Below are positions 29,401 through 44,500 of a stretch of 64,000 nt of DNA, piece after piece. A program made the translations under genes and the position numbers. Under the pieces are notes generated by a model that was given only the letters and a program-made list of their open reading frames with translations, searched no databases and had not been told where the DNA came from. How positions within the stretch are numbered: the stretch's first letter is position 1; the number at the start of each line of letters is the position of its first letter. Source of the stretch: Eledone cirrhosa (Eukaryota); assembly GCA_964016885.1 (NCBI GenBank), contig OZ024740.1, positions 415,462,001 to 415,526,000 on the forward strand, given 5' to 3'.

Positions 29401-32400
29401 TGTGCGTATGGACATATGTTGTGTATGGGGGATGACAGTGAATCAGATATTGTGTGTAAGAGAGAACACTGTGGGTATGGACATATGTTGTGTATGGGGG
29501 ATGACAGTGAATCAGATGTAGTGTGTAAGAGAGAACACTGTGGGTATGGACATATGTTTTGTATGGGGGATGACAGTGAATAAGATATAGTGTGTAAGAG
29601 AGAACACTCTGGGTACGGACATATGTTTTGTATTGGGGATGACAGTAAATCAGATATAGAGTGTAAGAGAGAACACTGTGGGTATGGACATATGTTGTGT
29701 ATGGGGGATGACAGTAAATAAGTTATAGTGTGTAAGAGACAACACTGTGGGTATGGACATATGTTGTGTATGGTGGTTGACAGTGAATCAGATATAGTGT
29801 GTAAGAGAGAACACTGTGGCTATGGACATATGTTGTGTAAGGTGGTTGACAGTGAATCAGATATAGTGTGTAAGAGAGAACACTGTGGGTATGGACATAT
29901 GTTGTGTATGGGGGATGACAGTAAATCAGATATAGAGTGTAAGAGAGAACACTGTGCGTATGGACATATGTTGTGTATGGGGGATGACAGTGAATCAGAT
30001 ATTGTGTGTAAGAGAGAACACTGTGGGTATGGACATATGTTGTGTATGGGGGATGACAGTGAATCAGATGTAGTGTGTAAGAGAGAACACTGTGGGTATG
30101 GACATATGTTTTGTATGGGGGATGACAGTGAATAAGATATAGTGTGTAAGAGAGAACACTCTGGGTACGGACATATGTTTTGTATTGGGGATGACAGTAA
30201 ATCAGATATAGAGTGTAAGAGAGAACACTGTGGGTATGGACATATGTTGTGTATGGGGGATGACAGTGAATCAGATATAGTTTGTAAGAGAGAACACTCT
30301 GGGTATGGACATATGTTGTGTATGGGGGATGACAGTTAATCAGATATAGTGTGTAAGAGAGAACACTGTGGGTATGGACATATGTTGTGTATGGGGGATG
30401 ACAGTGAATCAGATATAGTGTGTAAGAGAGAACACTGTGGGTATGGACATATGTTGTGTATGGGGGATGACAGGGAATCAGATATAGTGTGTAAGAGAGA
30501 ACACTGTGGGTATGGACATATGTTGTGTATGGGGGATGACAGAGAATCAGATATAGTGTGTAAGAGAGAACACTGTGGGTATGGACATATGTTGTGTATG
30601 GGGGATGACAGTGAATCAGATATAGAGTGTAAGAGAGAACACTGTGGGTATGGACATATGTTGTGTATGGGAGATGACAGTAAATAAGTTATAGTGTGTA
30701 AGAGACAACACTGTGGGTATGGACATATGTTGTGTATGGTGGTTGACAGTGAATCAGATATAGTGTGTAAGAGAGAACACTGTGGCTATGGACATATGTT
30801 GTGTAAGGTGGTTGACAGTGAATCAGATATAGTGTGTAAGAGAGAACACTGTGGGTATGGACATATGTTGTGTATGGGGTATGACAGTCAATCAGATATA
30901 GAGTGTAAGAGAGAACACTGTGGGTATGGACATATGTTGTGTATGGGGGATGACAGTGAATCAGATATAGTGTGTAAGATAGAACACTGTGGGTATGGAC
31001 ATATGTTGTGTATGGGGGATGACAGTGAATCAGATATAGTGTGTAAGAGAGAACACTGTGGGTATGGACATATGTTGTGTATGGGGGATGACAGTGAATC
31101 AGATATAGTGTGTAAGAGAGAACATATGTTGTGTATGGGGGATGACAGTGAATCAGATATAGTGTGTAAGAGAGAACACTGTGGGTATGGACATATGTTG
31201 TGTATGGGGGATGACAGTGAATCAGATATAGTGTGTAAGAGAGAACACTGTGGGTATGGACATATGTTGTGTATGGGGGATGACAGTGAATCAGATATAG
31301 TGTGTAAGAGAGAACACTGTGGGTATGGACATATGTTGTGTATGGGGGATGACAGTGAATCAGATATAGTGTGTAAGAGAGAACACTGTGGGTATGGACA
31401 TATGTTGTGTATGGGGGATGACAGTGAATCAGATATAGTGTGTAAGAGAGAACACTCTGGGTATGGACATATGTTGTGTATGGGGGATGACAGTGAATCA
31501 GATATAGTGTGTAAGAGAGAACACTGTGGGTATGGACATATGTTGTGTATGGGGGATGACAGTGAATCAAATATAGTGTGTAAGAGAGAACACTGTGGGT
31601 ATGGACATATGTTGTGTATGGGGGATGACAGTGAATCAGATATAGTGTGTAAGAGAGAACACTGTGGGTATGGACATATGTTGTGTATGGGGGAAGAGAG
31701 TGAATCAGATATAGTGTGTAAGAGAGAACACTGTGGGTATGGACATATGTTGTGTATGGGGGATGACAGTGAATCAGATATAGTGTGTAAGAGAGAACAC
31801 TGTGGGTATGGACATATGTTGTGTATGGGGGATGACAGTGAATAAGATATAGTGTGTAAGAGAGAACACTGTGGGTATGGACATATGTTGTGTATGGGGG
31901 ATGACAGTGAATCAGATATAGTGTGTAAGAGAGAACACTGTGGGTATGGACATATGTTGTGTATGGGGGATGACAGTGAATCAGATATAGTGTGTAAGAG
32001 AGAACACTGTGGGTATGGACATATGTTGTGTATGGGGGATGACAGTGAATCAGATATAGCGTGTAAGAGAGAACACTGTGGGTATGGACATATGTTGTGT
32101 ATGGGGGATGACAGTGAATCAGATATAGTGTGTAAGAGAGAACACTGTGGGTATGGACATATGTTGTGTATGGGGGAAGACAGTGAATCAGATATAGAGT
32201 GTAATAGAGAACACTGTGGGTATGGACATATGTTATGTACGGGGGATGACAGTGAATCAGATATAGAGTGTAAGAGAGAACACTGTGGGTATGGACATAT
32301 GTTGTGTATGGGGGATGACAGTGAATCATATATAGAGTGTAAGAGAGAACACTGTGGGTATGGACATATGTTGTGTATGGGGGATGACAGTAAATCAGAT

Positions 32401-35400
32401 ATAGAGTGTAAGAGAGAACACTGTGCGTATGGACATATGTTGTGTATGGGGGATGACAGTGAATCAGATATTGTGTGTAAGAGAGAACACTGTGGGTATG
32501 GACATATGTTGTGTATGGGGGATGACAGTGAATCAGATGTAGTGTGTAAGAGAGAACACTGTGGGTATGGACATATGTTTTGTATGGGGGATGACAGTGA
32601 ATAAGATATAGTGTGTAAGAGAGAACACTCTGGGTACGGACATATGTTTTGTATTGGCGATGACAGTAAATCAGATATAGAGTGTAAGAGAGAACACTGT
32701 GGGTATGGACATATGTTGTGTATGGGGGATGACAGTGAATCAGATATAGTTTGTAAGAGAGAACACTCTGGGTATGGACATATGTTGTGTATGGGGGATG
32801 ACAGTTAATCAGATATAGTGTGTAAGAGAGAACACTGTGGGTATGGACATATGTTGTGTATGGGGGATGACAGTGAATCAGATATAGTGTGTAAGAGAGA
32901 ACACTGTGGGTATGGACATATGTTGTGTATGGGGGATGACAGGGAATCAGATATAGTGTGTAAGAGAGAACACTGTGGGTATGGACATATGTTGTGTATG
33001 GGGGATGACAGAGAATCAGATATAGTGTGTAAGAGAGAACACTGTGGGTATGGACATATGTTGTGTATGGGGGATGACAGTGAATCAGATATAGAGTGTA
33101 AGAGAGAACACTGTGGGTATGGACATATGTTGTGTATGGGAGATGACAGTAAATAAGTTATAGTGTGTAAGAGACAACACTGTGGGTATGGACATATGTT
33201 GTGTATGGTGGTTGACAGTGAATCAGATATAGTGTGTAAGAGAGAACACTGTGGCTATGGACATATGTTGTGTAAGGTGGTTGACAGTGAATCAGATATA
33301 GTGTGTAAGAGAGAACACTGTGGGTATGGACATATGTTGTGTATGGGGTATGACAGTCAATCAGATATAGAGTGTAAGAGAGAACACTGTGGGTATGGAC
33401 ATATGTTGTGTATGGGGGATGACAGTGAATCAGATATAGTGTGTAAGATAGAACACTGTGGGTATGGACATATGTTGTGTATGGGGGATGACAGTGAATC
33501 AGATATAGTGTGTAAGAGAGAACACTGTGGGTATGGACATATGTTGTGTATGGGGGATGACAGTGAATCAGATATAGTGTGTAAGAGAGAACATATGTTG
33601 TGTATGGGGGATGACAGTGAATCAGATATAGTGTGTAAGAGAGAACACTGTGGGTATGGACATATGTTGTGTATGGGGGATGACAGTGAATCAGATATAG
33701 TGTGTAAGAGAGAACACTGTGGGTATGGACATATGTTGTGTATGGGGGATGACAGTGAATCAGATATAGTGTGTAAGAGAGAACACTGTGGGTATGGACA
33801 TATGTTGTGTATGGGGGATGACAGTGAATCAGATATAGTGTGTAAGAGAGAACACTGTGGGTATGGACATATGTTGTGTATGGGGGATGACAGTGAATCA
33901 GATATAGTGTGTAAGAGAGAACACTCTGGGTATGGACATATGTTGTGTATGGGGGATGACAGTGAATCAGATATAGTGTGTAAGAGAGAACACTGTGGGT
34001 ATGGACATATGTTGTGTATGGGGGATGACAGTGAATCAAATATAGTGTGTAAGAGAGAACACTGTGGGTATGGACATATGTTGTGTATGGGGGATGACAG
34101 TGAATCAGATATAGTGTGTAAGAGAGAACACTGTGGGTATGGACATATGTTGTGTATGGGGGAAGAGAGTGAATCAGATATAGTGTGTAAGAGAGAACAC
34201 TGTGGGTATGGACATATGTTGTGTATGGGGGATGACAGTGAATCAGATATAGTGTGTAAGAGAGAACACTGTGGGTATGGACATATGTTGTGTATGGGGG
34301 ATGACAGTGAATAAGATATAGTGTGTAAGAGAGAACACTGTGGGTATGGACATACGTTGTGTATGGGGGATGACAGTGAATCAGATATAGTGTGTAAGAG
34401 AGAACACTGTGGGTATGGACATATGTTGTGTATGGGGGATGACAGTGAATCAGATATAGTGTGTAAGAGAGAACACTGTGGGTATGGACATATGTTGTGT
34501 ATGGGGGATGACAGTGAATCAGATATAGCGTGTAAGAGAGAACACTGTGGGTATGGACATATGTTGTGTATGGGGGATGACAGTGAATCAGATATAGTGT
34601 GTAAGAGAGAACACTGTGGGTATGGACATATGTTGTGTATGGGGGAAGACAGTGAATCAGATATAGAGTGTAAGAGAGAACACTGTGGGTATGGACATAT
34701 GTTGTGTACGGGGGATGACAGTGAATCAGATATAGAGTGTAAGAGAGAACACTGTGGGTATGGACATATGTTGTGTATGGGGGATGACAGTGAATCATAT
34801 ATAGAGTGTAAGAGAGAACACTGTGGGTATGGACATATGTTGTGTATGGGGGATGACAGTAAATCAGATATAGAGTGTAAGAGAGAACACTGTGGGTATG
34901 GACATATGTTGTGTATGGGGGATGACAGTGAATCAGATATTGTGTGTAAGACAGAACACTGTGGGTATGGACATATGTTGTGTATGGGGGATGACAGTGA
35001 ATCAGATGTAGTGTGTAAGAGAGAACACTGTGGGTATGGACATATGTTTTGTATGGGGGATGACAGTGAATAAGATATAGTGTGTAAGAGAGAACACTCT
35101 GGGTACGGACATATGTTTTGTATTGGGGATGACAGTAATTCAGATATAGAGTGTAAGAGAGAACACTGTGGGTATGGACATATGTTGTGTATGGGGGATG
35201 ACAGTGAATCAGATATAGTGTGTAAGAGAGAACACTCTGGGTATGGACATATGTTGTGTATGGGGGATGACAGTTAATCAGATATAGTGTGTAAGAGAGA
35301 ACACTGTGGGTATGGACATATGTTGTGTATGGGGGATGACAGTGAATCAGATATAGTGTGTAAGAGAGAACACTGTGGGTATGGACATATGTTGTGTATG

Positions 35401-36100
35401 GGGGATGACAGGGAATCAGATATAGTGTGTAAGAGAGAACACTGTGGGTATGGACATATGTTGTGTATGGGGGATGACAGAGAATCAGATATAGTGTGTA
35501 AGAGAGAACACTGTGGGTATGGACATATGTTGTGTATGGGGGATGACAGTGAATCAGATATAGAGTGTAAGAGAGAACACTGTGGGTATGGACATATGTT
35601 GTGTATGGGAGATGACAGTAAATAAGATATAGTATGTAAGAGAGAACACTGTGGGTATGGACATATGTTGTGTATGGTGGTTGACAGTGAATCAGATATA
35701 GTGTGTAAGAGAGAACACTGTGGCTATGGACATATGTTGTGTAAGGTGGTTGACAGTGAATCAGATATAGTGTGTAAGAGAGAACACTGTGGGTATGGAC
35801 ATATGTTGTGTATGGGGTATGACAGTCAATCAGATATAGAGTGTAAGAGAGAACACTGTGGGTATGGACATATGTTGTGTATGGGGGATGACAGTGAATC
35901 AGATATAGTGTGTAAGAGAGAACACTGTGGGTATGGACATATGTTGTGTATGGGGGATGACAGTGAATCAGATATAGTGTGTAAGAGAGAACACTGTGGG
36001 TATGGACATATGTTGTGTATGGGGGATGACAGTGAATCAGATATAGTGTGTAAGAGAGAACATATGTTGTGTATGGGGGATGACAGTGAATCAGATATAG
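26430..36100. repeat. Irregular higher-order repeats with periods of 1227, 3021 and 2469 bp (18, 44 and 36 monomers, each minus 15 bp)
   Basis: The marker block beginning aaataagttatag...agacaacac and followed by the deletion monomer gives ORF starts 26446, 27673, 30694 and 33163. Confidence 0.8.
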
Positions 36101-36754
36101 TGTGTAAGAGAGAACACTGTGGGTATGGACATATGTTGTGTATGGGGGAAGACAGTGAATCAGATATAGAGTGTAAGAGAGAAGACTGTGGGTATGGACA
36201 TATGTTGTGTATGGGGGATGACAGTGAATCAGATATAGAGTGTAAGAGAGAACACTGTTGGTATGGACATATGTTGTGTATGGGGGATGACAGTGAATCA
36301 GATACAGTGTGTAAGAGAGAACACTGTGGGTATGGACATATGTTGTGTATGGGGGATGACAGTGAATCAGATATAGTGTGTAAGAGAGAACACTGTGGGT
36401 ATGGACATATGTTGTGTATGGGGGATGACAGTGAATAAGATATAGTGTGTAAGAGAGAACACTGTGGGTATGGACATATGTTGTGTATTGGGGATGACAG
36501 TAAATCAGATATAGAGTGTAAGAGAGAACACTGTGTGTATGGACATATGTTGTGTATGGGAGATGACAGTAAATCAGATATAGTGTGTAAGAGAGAACAC
36601 TGTGGGTATGGACATATGTTGTGTATGGGGGATGACAGTGAAAAAGATATAGTGTGTAAGAGATAACACTGTGGGTATGGACATATGTTGTGTATTGGGG
36701 AAGACAGTGAATCAGATATAGTGTGTAAGAGTGAACACTGTGGGTATGGATATA

Positions 36755-36854
36755 AATAATAATAATAATGAAATTATTGTGTACAGTGCTCAGGTGCACT
36801 ACAACTCATCAAAGGTGCATGTATAGTACATAGAATAATGTACAAATGTATAAA
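36755..36854 (-). mobile_element. 100-bp insertion, copy 2
   Basis: Same sequence and same monomer position as 3961-4060; begins with a perfect (aat)5 and differs from copy 1 by one base in that tract. Confidence 0.6.
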
Positions 36855-38439
36855 TGTTGTGTATGGGGGATGACAGTGAATCAGATATAGTATGTAAGAG
36901 AGAACACTGTGGGTATGGACATATGTTGTGTATGGGGGAAGACACTGAATCAGATATAGTGTGTAAGAGAGAACACTGTGGGTATGGACATATGTTGTGT
37001 ATGGGGGATGACAGTGAATCAGATATAGTGTGTAAGAGAGAACACTGTGGGTATGGACATATGTTGTGTATGGGGGATGACAGTGAATCAGATATAGTGT
37101 GTAAGAGAAAACACTGTGGGTATGGACATATGTTGTGTATGGGGGATGACAGTAAATCAGATATAGAGTGTGAGAGAGAACACTGTGGGTATGGACATAT
37201 GTTGTGTATGGGGGATGACAGTGATTAAGATATAGTGTGTAAGAGAGAACACTGGGTATGGACATATGTTGTGTATGGGGGATGACAGTGAATCAGATAT
37301 AGTGTGTAAGAGAGAACACTGTGGGTATGGACATATGTTGTGTATGGGGGATGACAGTGAATCAGATATAGCGTGTAAGAGAGAACACTGTGGGTATGGA
37401 CATATGTTGTGTATGGGGGATGACAGTGAATCAGATATAGTGTGTAAGAGAGAACACTGTGGGTATGGACATATGTTGTGTATGGGGGATGACAGTGAAT
37501 CAGATATAGTATGTAAGAGAGAACACTGTGGGTATGGACACATGTTGTGTATGGGGGATGACAGTGAATCAGATATAGTGTGTAAGAGAGAACACTGTGG
37601 GTATGGACATATGTTGTGTATGGGGGATGACAGTGAATCAGATATAGTGTGTAAGAGAGAACACTGTGGGTATGGACATATGATGTGTATGGGGGATGAC
37701 AGTGAATCAGATATAGCGTGTAAGAGAGAACACTGTGGGTATGGACATATGTTGTGTATGGGGGATGACAGTGAATCAGATATAGTGTGTAAGAGAGAAC
37801 ACTGTGGGTATGGACATATGTTGTGTATGGGGGAAGACAGTGAATCAGATATAGAGTGTAAGAGAGAACACTGTGGGTATGGACATATGTTGTGTATGGG
37901 GGATGACAGTGAATCAGATATAGAGTGTAAGAGAGAACACTGTTGGTATGGACATATGTTGTGTATGGGGGATGACAGTGAATCAGATACAGTGTGTAAG
38001 AGAGAACACTGTGGGTATGGACATATGTTGTGTATGGGGGATGACAGTGAATCAGATATAGTGTGTAAGAGAGAACACTGTGGGTATGGACATATGTTGT
38101 GTATGGGGGATGACAGTGAATAAGATATAGTGTGTAAGAGAGAACACTGTGGGTATGGACATATGTTGTGTATTGGGGATGACAGTAAATCAGATATAGA
38201 GTGTAAGAGAGAACACTGTGTGTATGGACATATGTTGTGTATGGGAGATGACAGTAAATCAGATATAGTGTGTAAGAGAGAACACTGTGGGTATGGACAT
38301 ATGTTGTGTATGGGGGATGACAGTGAAAAAGATATAGTGTGTAAGAGATAACACTGTGGGTATGGACATATGTTGTGTATTGGGGAAGACAGTGAATCAG
38401 ATATAGTGTGTAAGAGTGAACACTGTGGGTATGGATATA

Positions 38440-38539
38440 AATAATAATAATAATGAAATTATTGTGTACAGTGCTCAGGTGCACTACAACTCATCAAAGG
38501 TGCATGTATAGTACATAGAATAATGTACAAATGTATAAA
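38440..38539 (-). mobile_element. 100-bp insertion, copy 3
   Basis: Identical to copy 2 and 1685 bp downstream of it, with the same flanking monomer variants. Confidence 0.6.
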
Positions 38540-41500
38540 TGTTGTGTATGGGGGATGACAGTGAATCAGATATAGTATGTAAGAGAGAACACTGTGGGTA
38601 TGGACATATGATGTGTATGGGGGAAGACACTGAATCAGATATAGTGTGTAAGAGAGAACACTGTGGGTATGGACATATGTTGTGTATGGGGGATGACAGT
38701 GAATCAGATATAGTGTGTAAGAGAGAACACTGTGGGTATGGACATATGTTGTGTATGGGGGATGAAAGTGAATCAGATATAGTGTGTAAGAGAGAACACT
38801 GTGGGTATGGACATATGTTGTGTATGGGGGATGACAGTAAATCAGATATAGAGTGTGAGAGAGAACACTGTGGGTATGGACATATGTTGTGTATGGGGGA
38901 TGACAGTGATTAAGATATAGTGTGTAAGAGAGAACACTGTGGGTATGGACATATGTTGTGTATGGGGGATGACAGTGAATCAGATATAGTGTGTAAGAGA
39001 GAACACTGTGGGTATGGACATATGTTGTGTATGGGGGATGACAGTGAATCAGATATAGTATGTAAGAGAGAACACTGTGGGTATGGACACATGTTGTGTA
39101 TGGGGGATGACAGTGAATCAGATATAGTGTGTAAGAGAGAACACTGTGGGTATGGACATATGTTGTGTATGGGGGATGACAGTGAATCAGATATAGCGTG
39201 TAAGAGAGAACACTGTGGGTATGGACATATGTTGTGTATGGGGGATGACAGTGAATCAGATATAGTTTGTAAGAGAGAACACTTTGGGTATGGACATATG
39301 TTGTGTATGGGGGAAGACAGTGAATCAGATATAGAGTGTAAGAGAGAACACTGTGGGTATGGACATATGTTGTGTATGGGGGATGACAGTGAATCAGATA
39401 TAGAGTGTAAGAGAGAACACTCTGGGTATGGACATATGTTGTGTATGGGGGATGACAGTGAATCATATATAGAGTTTAAGAGAGAACACTGTGGGTATGG
39501 ACATATGTTGTGTATGGGGGATGACAGTAAATCAGATATAGAGTGTAAGAGAGAACACTGTGGGTATGGACATATGTTGTGTATGGGGGATGACAGTGAA
39601 TCAGATATAGTGTGTAAGAGAGAACACTGTGGGTATGGACATATGTTGTGTATGGGGGATGACAGTGAATAAGATATAGTGTGTAAGAGAGAACACTGTG
39701 GGTATGGACATATGTTGTGTATTGGGGATGACAGTAAATCAGATGTAGAGTGTAAGAGAGAACACTGTGTGTATGGACATATGTTGTGTATGGGAGATGA
39801 CAGTAAATCAGATATAGTGTGTAAGAGAGAACACTGTGGGTATGGACATATGTTGTGTATGGGGGATGACAGTGAAAAAGATATAACGTGTAAGAGAGAA
39901 CACTGTGGGTATGGACATATGTTGTGTATGGGGGAAGACAGTGAATCAGATATAGTGTGTAAGAGTGAACACTGTGGGTATGGATATATGTTGTGTATGG
40001 GGGATGACAGTGAATCAGATATAGTGTGTAAGAGAGAACACTGTGGGTATGGACATATGATGTGTATGGGGGATGACAGTAAATCAAATATAGAGTGTAA
40101 GAGAGAACACTGTGGGTATGGACATATGTTGTGTATGGGGGATGACAGTGAATCAGATATAGTGTGTAAGAGAGAACACTGTGGGTATGGACATATGTTG
40201 TGTATGGGGGATGACAGTGAATCAGATATAGTGTGTAAGAGAGAACACTCTGGGTATGGACATATGTTGTGCATGATGGATGACAGTGAATCAGATATAG
40301 TGTGTAAGAGAGAACACTGTGGGTATGGACATATGTTGTGTATGGAGGATGACAGTCAATCAGATATAGAGTGTAAGAGAGAACACTGTGGGTATGGACA
40401 TATGTTGTGTATGGGGGATGACAGTTAATCAGATATAGTGTGTAAGAGAGAACACTGTGGGTATGGACATATGTTGTGTATGGGGGATGACAGTGAATCA
40501 GATATAGTGTGTAAGAGAGAACACTGTGGGCATGGACATATGTTGTGTATGGGGGATGACAGGGAATCAGATATAGTGTGTAAGAGAGAACACTGTGGGT
40601 ATGGACATATGTTGTGTATGGGGGATGACAGTGAATCAGATATAGTGTGTAAGAGAGAACACTGTGGGTATGGACATATGTTGTGTATGGGGGATGACAG
40701 TGAATCAGATATAGAGTGTAAGAGAGAACACTGTGGGTATGGACATATGTTGTTTATGAGAGATGACAGTAAATAAGTTATAGTGTGTAAGAGACAACAC
40801 TGTGGGTATGGACATATGTTGTGTATGGTGGTTGACAGTGAATCAGATATAGTGTGTAAGAGAGAACACTGTGGCTATGGACATATGTTGTGCATGATGG
40901 ATGACAGTGAAACAGATATAGTGTGTAAGAGAGAACACTGTGGGTATGGACATATGTTGTGTATGGTGGATGACAGTGAATCAGATATAGTGTGTAAGAG
41001 AGAACACTGTGGGTATGGACATATGTTGTATATGGGGGATGACAGTGAATAAGATATAGTGTGTAAGAGAGAACACTGTGGGTATGGACATATGTTGTGT
41101 ATGGGGGATGACAGTGAATCATATATAGTGTGTAAGAGAGAACACTGTGGGTATGGACATATGTTGTGTATGGGGGATGACAGTGAATCAGATATAGTGT
41201 GTAAGAGAGAACACTGTGGGTATGGACATATGTTGTGTATGGGGGATGACAGTGAATCAGATATAGCGTGTAAGAGAGAACACTGTGGGTATGGACATAT
41301 GTTGTGTATGGGGGATGACAGTGAATCAGATATAGTGTGTAAGAGAGAACACTGTGGGTATGGACATATGTTGTGTATGGGGGAAGACAGTGAATCAGAT
41401 ATAGAGTGTAAGAGAGAACACTGTGGGTATGGACATATGTTGTGTACGGGGGATGACAGTGAATCAGATATAGAGTGTAAGAGAGAACACTGTGGGTATG

Positions 41501-44500
41501 GACATATGTTGTGTATGGGGGATGACAGTGAATCATATATAGAGTGTAAGAGAGAACACTGTGGGTATGGACATATGTTGTGTATGGGGGATGACAGTAA
41601 ATCAGATATAGAGTGTAAGAGAGAACACTGTGGGTATGGACATATGTTGTGTATGGGGGATGACAGTGAATCAGATATAGTGTGTAAGAGAGAACACTGT
41701 GGGTATGGACATATGTTGTGTATGGGGGATGACAGTGAATAAGATATAGTGTGTAAGAGAGAACACTGTGGGTATGGACATATGTTGTGTATGGGGGATG
41801 ACAGGGAATCAGATATAGTGTGTAAGAGAGAACACTGTGGGTATGGACATATGTTGTGTATGGGGGATGACAGAGAATCAGATATAGTGTGTAAGAGAGA
41901 ACACTGTGGGTATGGACATATGTTGTGTATGGGGGATGACAGTGAATCAGATATAGAGTGTAAGAGAGAACACTGTGGGTATGGACATATGTTGTGTATG
42001 GGAGATGACAGTAAATAAGTTATAGTGTGTAAGAGACAACACTGTGGGTATGGACATATGTTGTGTATGGTGGTTGACAGTGAATCAGATATAGTGTGTA
42101 AGAGAGAACACTGTGGCTATGGACATATGTTGTGTAAGGTGGTTGACAGTGAATCAGATATAGTGTGTAAGAGAGAACACTGTGGGTATGGACATATGTT
42201 GTGTATGGGAGATGACAGTCAATCAGATATAGAGTGTAAGAGAGAACACTGTGGGTATGGACATATGTTGTGTATGGGGGATGACAGTGAATCAGATATA
42301 GTGTGTAAGAGAGAACACTGTGGGTATGGACATATGTTGTGTATGTGGGATGACAGTGAATCAGATATAGTGTGTAAGAGAGAACACTGTGGGTATGGAC
42401 ATATGTTGTGTATGGGGGATGACAGTGAATCAGATATAGTGTGTAAGAGAGAACATATGTTGTGTATGGGGGATGACAGTGAATCAGATATAGTGTGTAA
42501 GAGAGAACACTGTGGGTATGGACATATGTTGTGTATGGGGGATGACAGTGAATCAGATATAGTGTGTAAGAGAGAACACTGTGGGTATGGACATATATTG
42601 TGTATGGGGGATGACAGTGAATCAGATATAGTGTGTAAGAGAGAACACTGTGGGTATGGACATATGTTGTGTATGGGGGATGACAGTGAATCAGATATAG
42701 TGTGTAAGAGAGAACACTGTGAGTATGGACATATGTTGTGTATGGGGGATGACAGTGAATCAGATATAGTGTGTAAGAGAGAACACTCTGGGCATGGACA
42801 TATGTTGTGTATTGGGGATGACAGTAAATCAGATATAGAGTGTAAGAGAGAACACTGTGGGTATGGACATATGTTGTGTATGGGGGATGACAGTGAATCA
42901 GATATAGTGTGTAAGAGAGAACACTCTGGGTATGGACATATGTTGTGTATGGGGGATGACAGTTAATCAGATATAGTGTGTAAGAGAGAACACTGTGGGT
43001 ATGGACATATGTTGTGTATGGGGGATGACAGTGAATCAGATATAGTGTGTAAGAGAGAACACTGTGGGTATGGACATATGTTGTGTATGGGGGATGACAG
43101 GGAATCAGATATAGTGTGTAAGAGAGAACACTGTGGGTATGGACATATGTTGTGTATGGGGGATGACAGGGAATCAGATATAGTGTGTAAGAGAGAACAC
43201 TGTGGGTATGGAGATATGTTGTGTATGGGGGATGACAGTGAATCAGATATAGTGTGTAAGAGAGAACACTGTGGGTATGGACATATGTTGTGTATGGGGG
43301 ATGACAGTGAATCAGATATAGTGTGTAAGAGAGAACACTGTGGGTATGGACATATGTTGTGTATGGGGGAAGAGAGTGAATCAGATATAGTGTGTAAGAG
43401 AGAACACTGTGGGTATGGACATATGTTGTGTGTGGGGGATGACATTGAATCAGATATAGTGTGTAAGAGAGAACACTGTGGGTATGGACATATATTGTGT
43501 ATGGGGGATGACAGTGAATCAGATATAGTGTGTAAGAGACAACACTGTGGGTATGGACATATGTTGTGTATGGGGGATGACAGTGAATCAGATATAGCGT
43601 GTAAGAGAGAACACTGTGGGTATGGACATATGTTGTGTATGGGGGATGACAGTGAATCAGACATAGTGTGTAAGAGAGAACACTGTGGGTATGGACATAT
43701 GTTGTGTATGGGGGAAGACAGTGAATCAGATATAGAGTGTAAGAGAGAACACTGTGGGTATGGACATATGTTGTGTACGGGGGATGACAGTGAATCAGAT
43801 ATAGAGTGTAAGAGAGAACACTGTGGGTATGGACATATGTTGTGTATGGGGGATGACAGTGAATCATATATAGAGTGTAAGAGAGAACACTGTGGGTATG
43901 GACATATGTTGTGTATGGGGGATGACAGTAAATCAGATATAGAGTGTAAGAGAGAACACTGTGGGTATGGACATATGTTGTGTATGGGGGATGACAGTGA
44001 ATCAGATATTGTGTGTAAGAGAGAACACTGTGGGTATGGACATATGTTGTGTATGGGGGATGACAGTGAATCAGATATAGTGTGTAAGAGAGAACACTGT
44101 GGCTATGGACATATGTTGTGCATGATGGATGACAGTGAATCAGATATAGTGTGTAAGAGAGAACACTGTGGGTATGGACATACGTTGTTTATGAGAGATG
44201 ACAGTAAATAAGTTATAGTGTGTAAGAGACAACACTGTGGGTATGGACATATGTTGTGTATGGTGGTTGACAGTGAATCAGATATAGTGTGTAAGAGAGA
44301 ACACTGTGGCTATGGACATATGTTGTGCATGATGGATGACAGTGAATCAGATATAGTGTGTAAGAGAGAACACTGTGGGTATGGACATATGTTGTGTATG
44401 GGGGATGACAGTGAATCAGATATAGTGTGTAAGAGAGAACACTGTGGGTATGGACATATGTTGTGTATGGGGGATGACAGTGAATAAGATATAGTGTGTA

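Larger units (their letters stand above)
36100..39120. repeat. Tandem duplication carrying the 100-bp insert, 1685-bp period
   Basis: ORF starts 36445/38130 and 36854/38539; 23x69+100-2=1685, with the 2-bp deletion at about 37255 (actgggtatg). Ends are approximate. Confidence 0.85.

Noticed and set aside
36751-36855. tataaat direct repeat at both ends of the insert as a target-site duplication
   Set aside because: The empty allele reads ggatatatgttg, not ggatataaatgttg, so the 7-mer is not a duplicated target. At most it reflects junction microhomology.
33158-38484. ORFs apparently starting inside the insert (MHLSTVHNNFIIII...) as an insert-supplied N-terminus
   Set aside because: The start is a GTG, the Ile run is just the translated (ATT)n tail, and nothing indicates a promoter or splice context.
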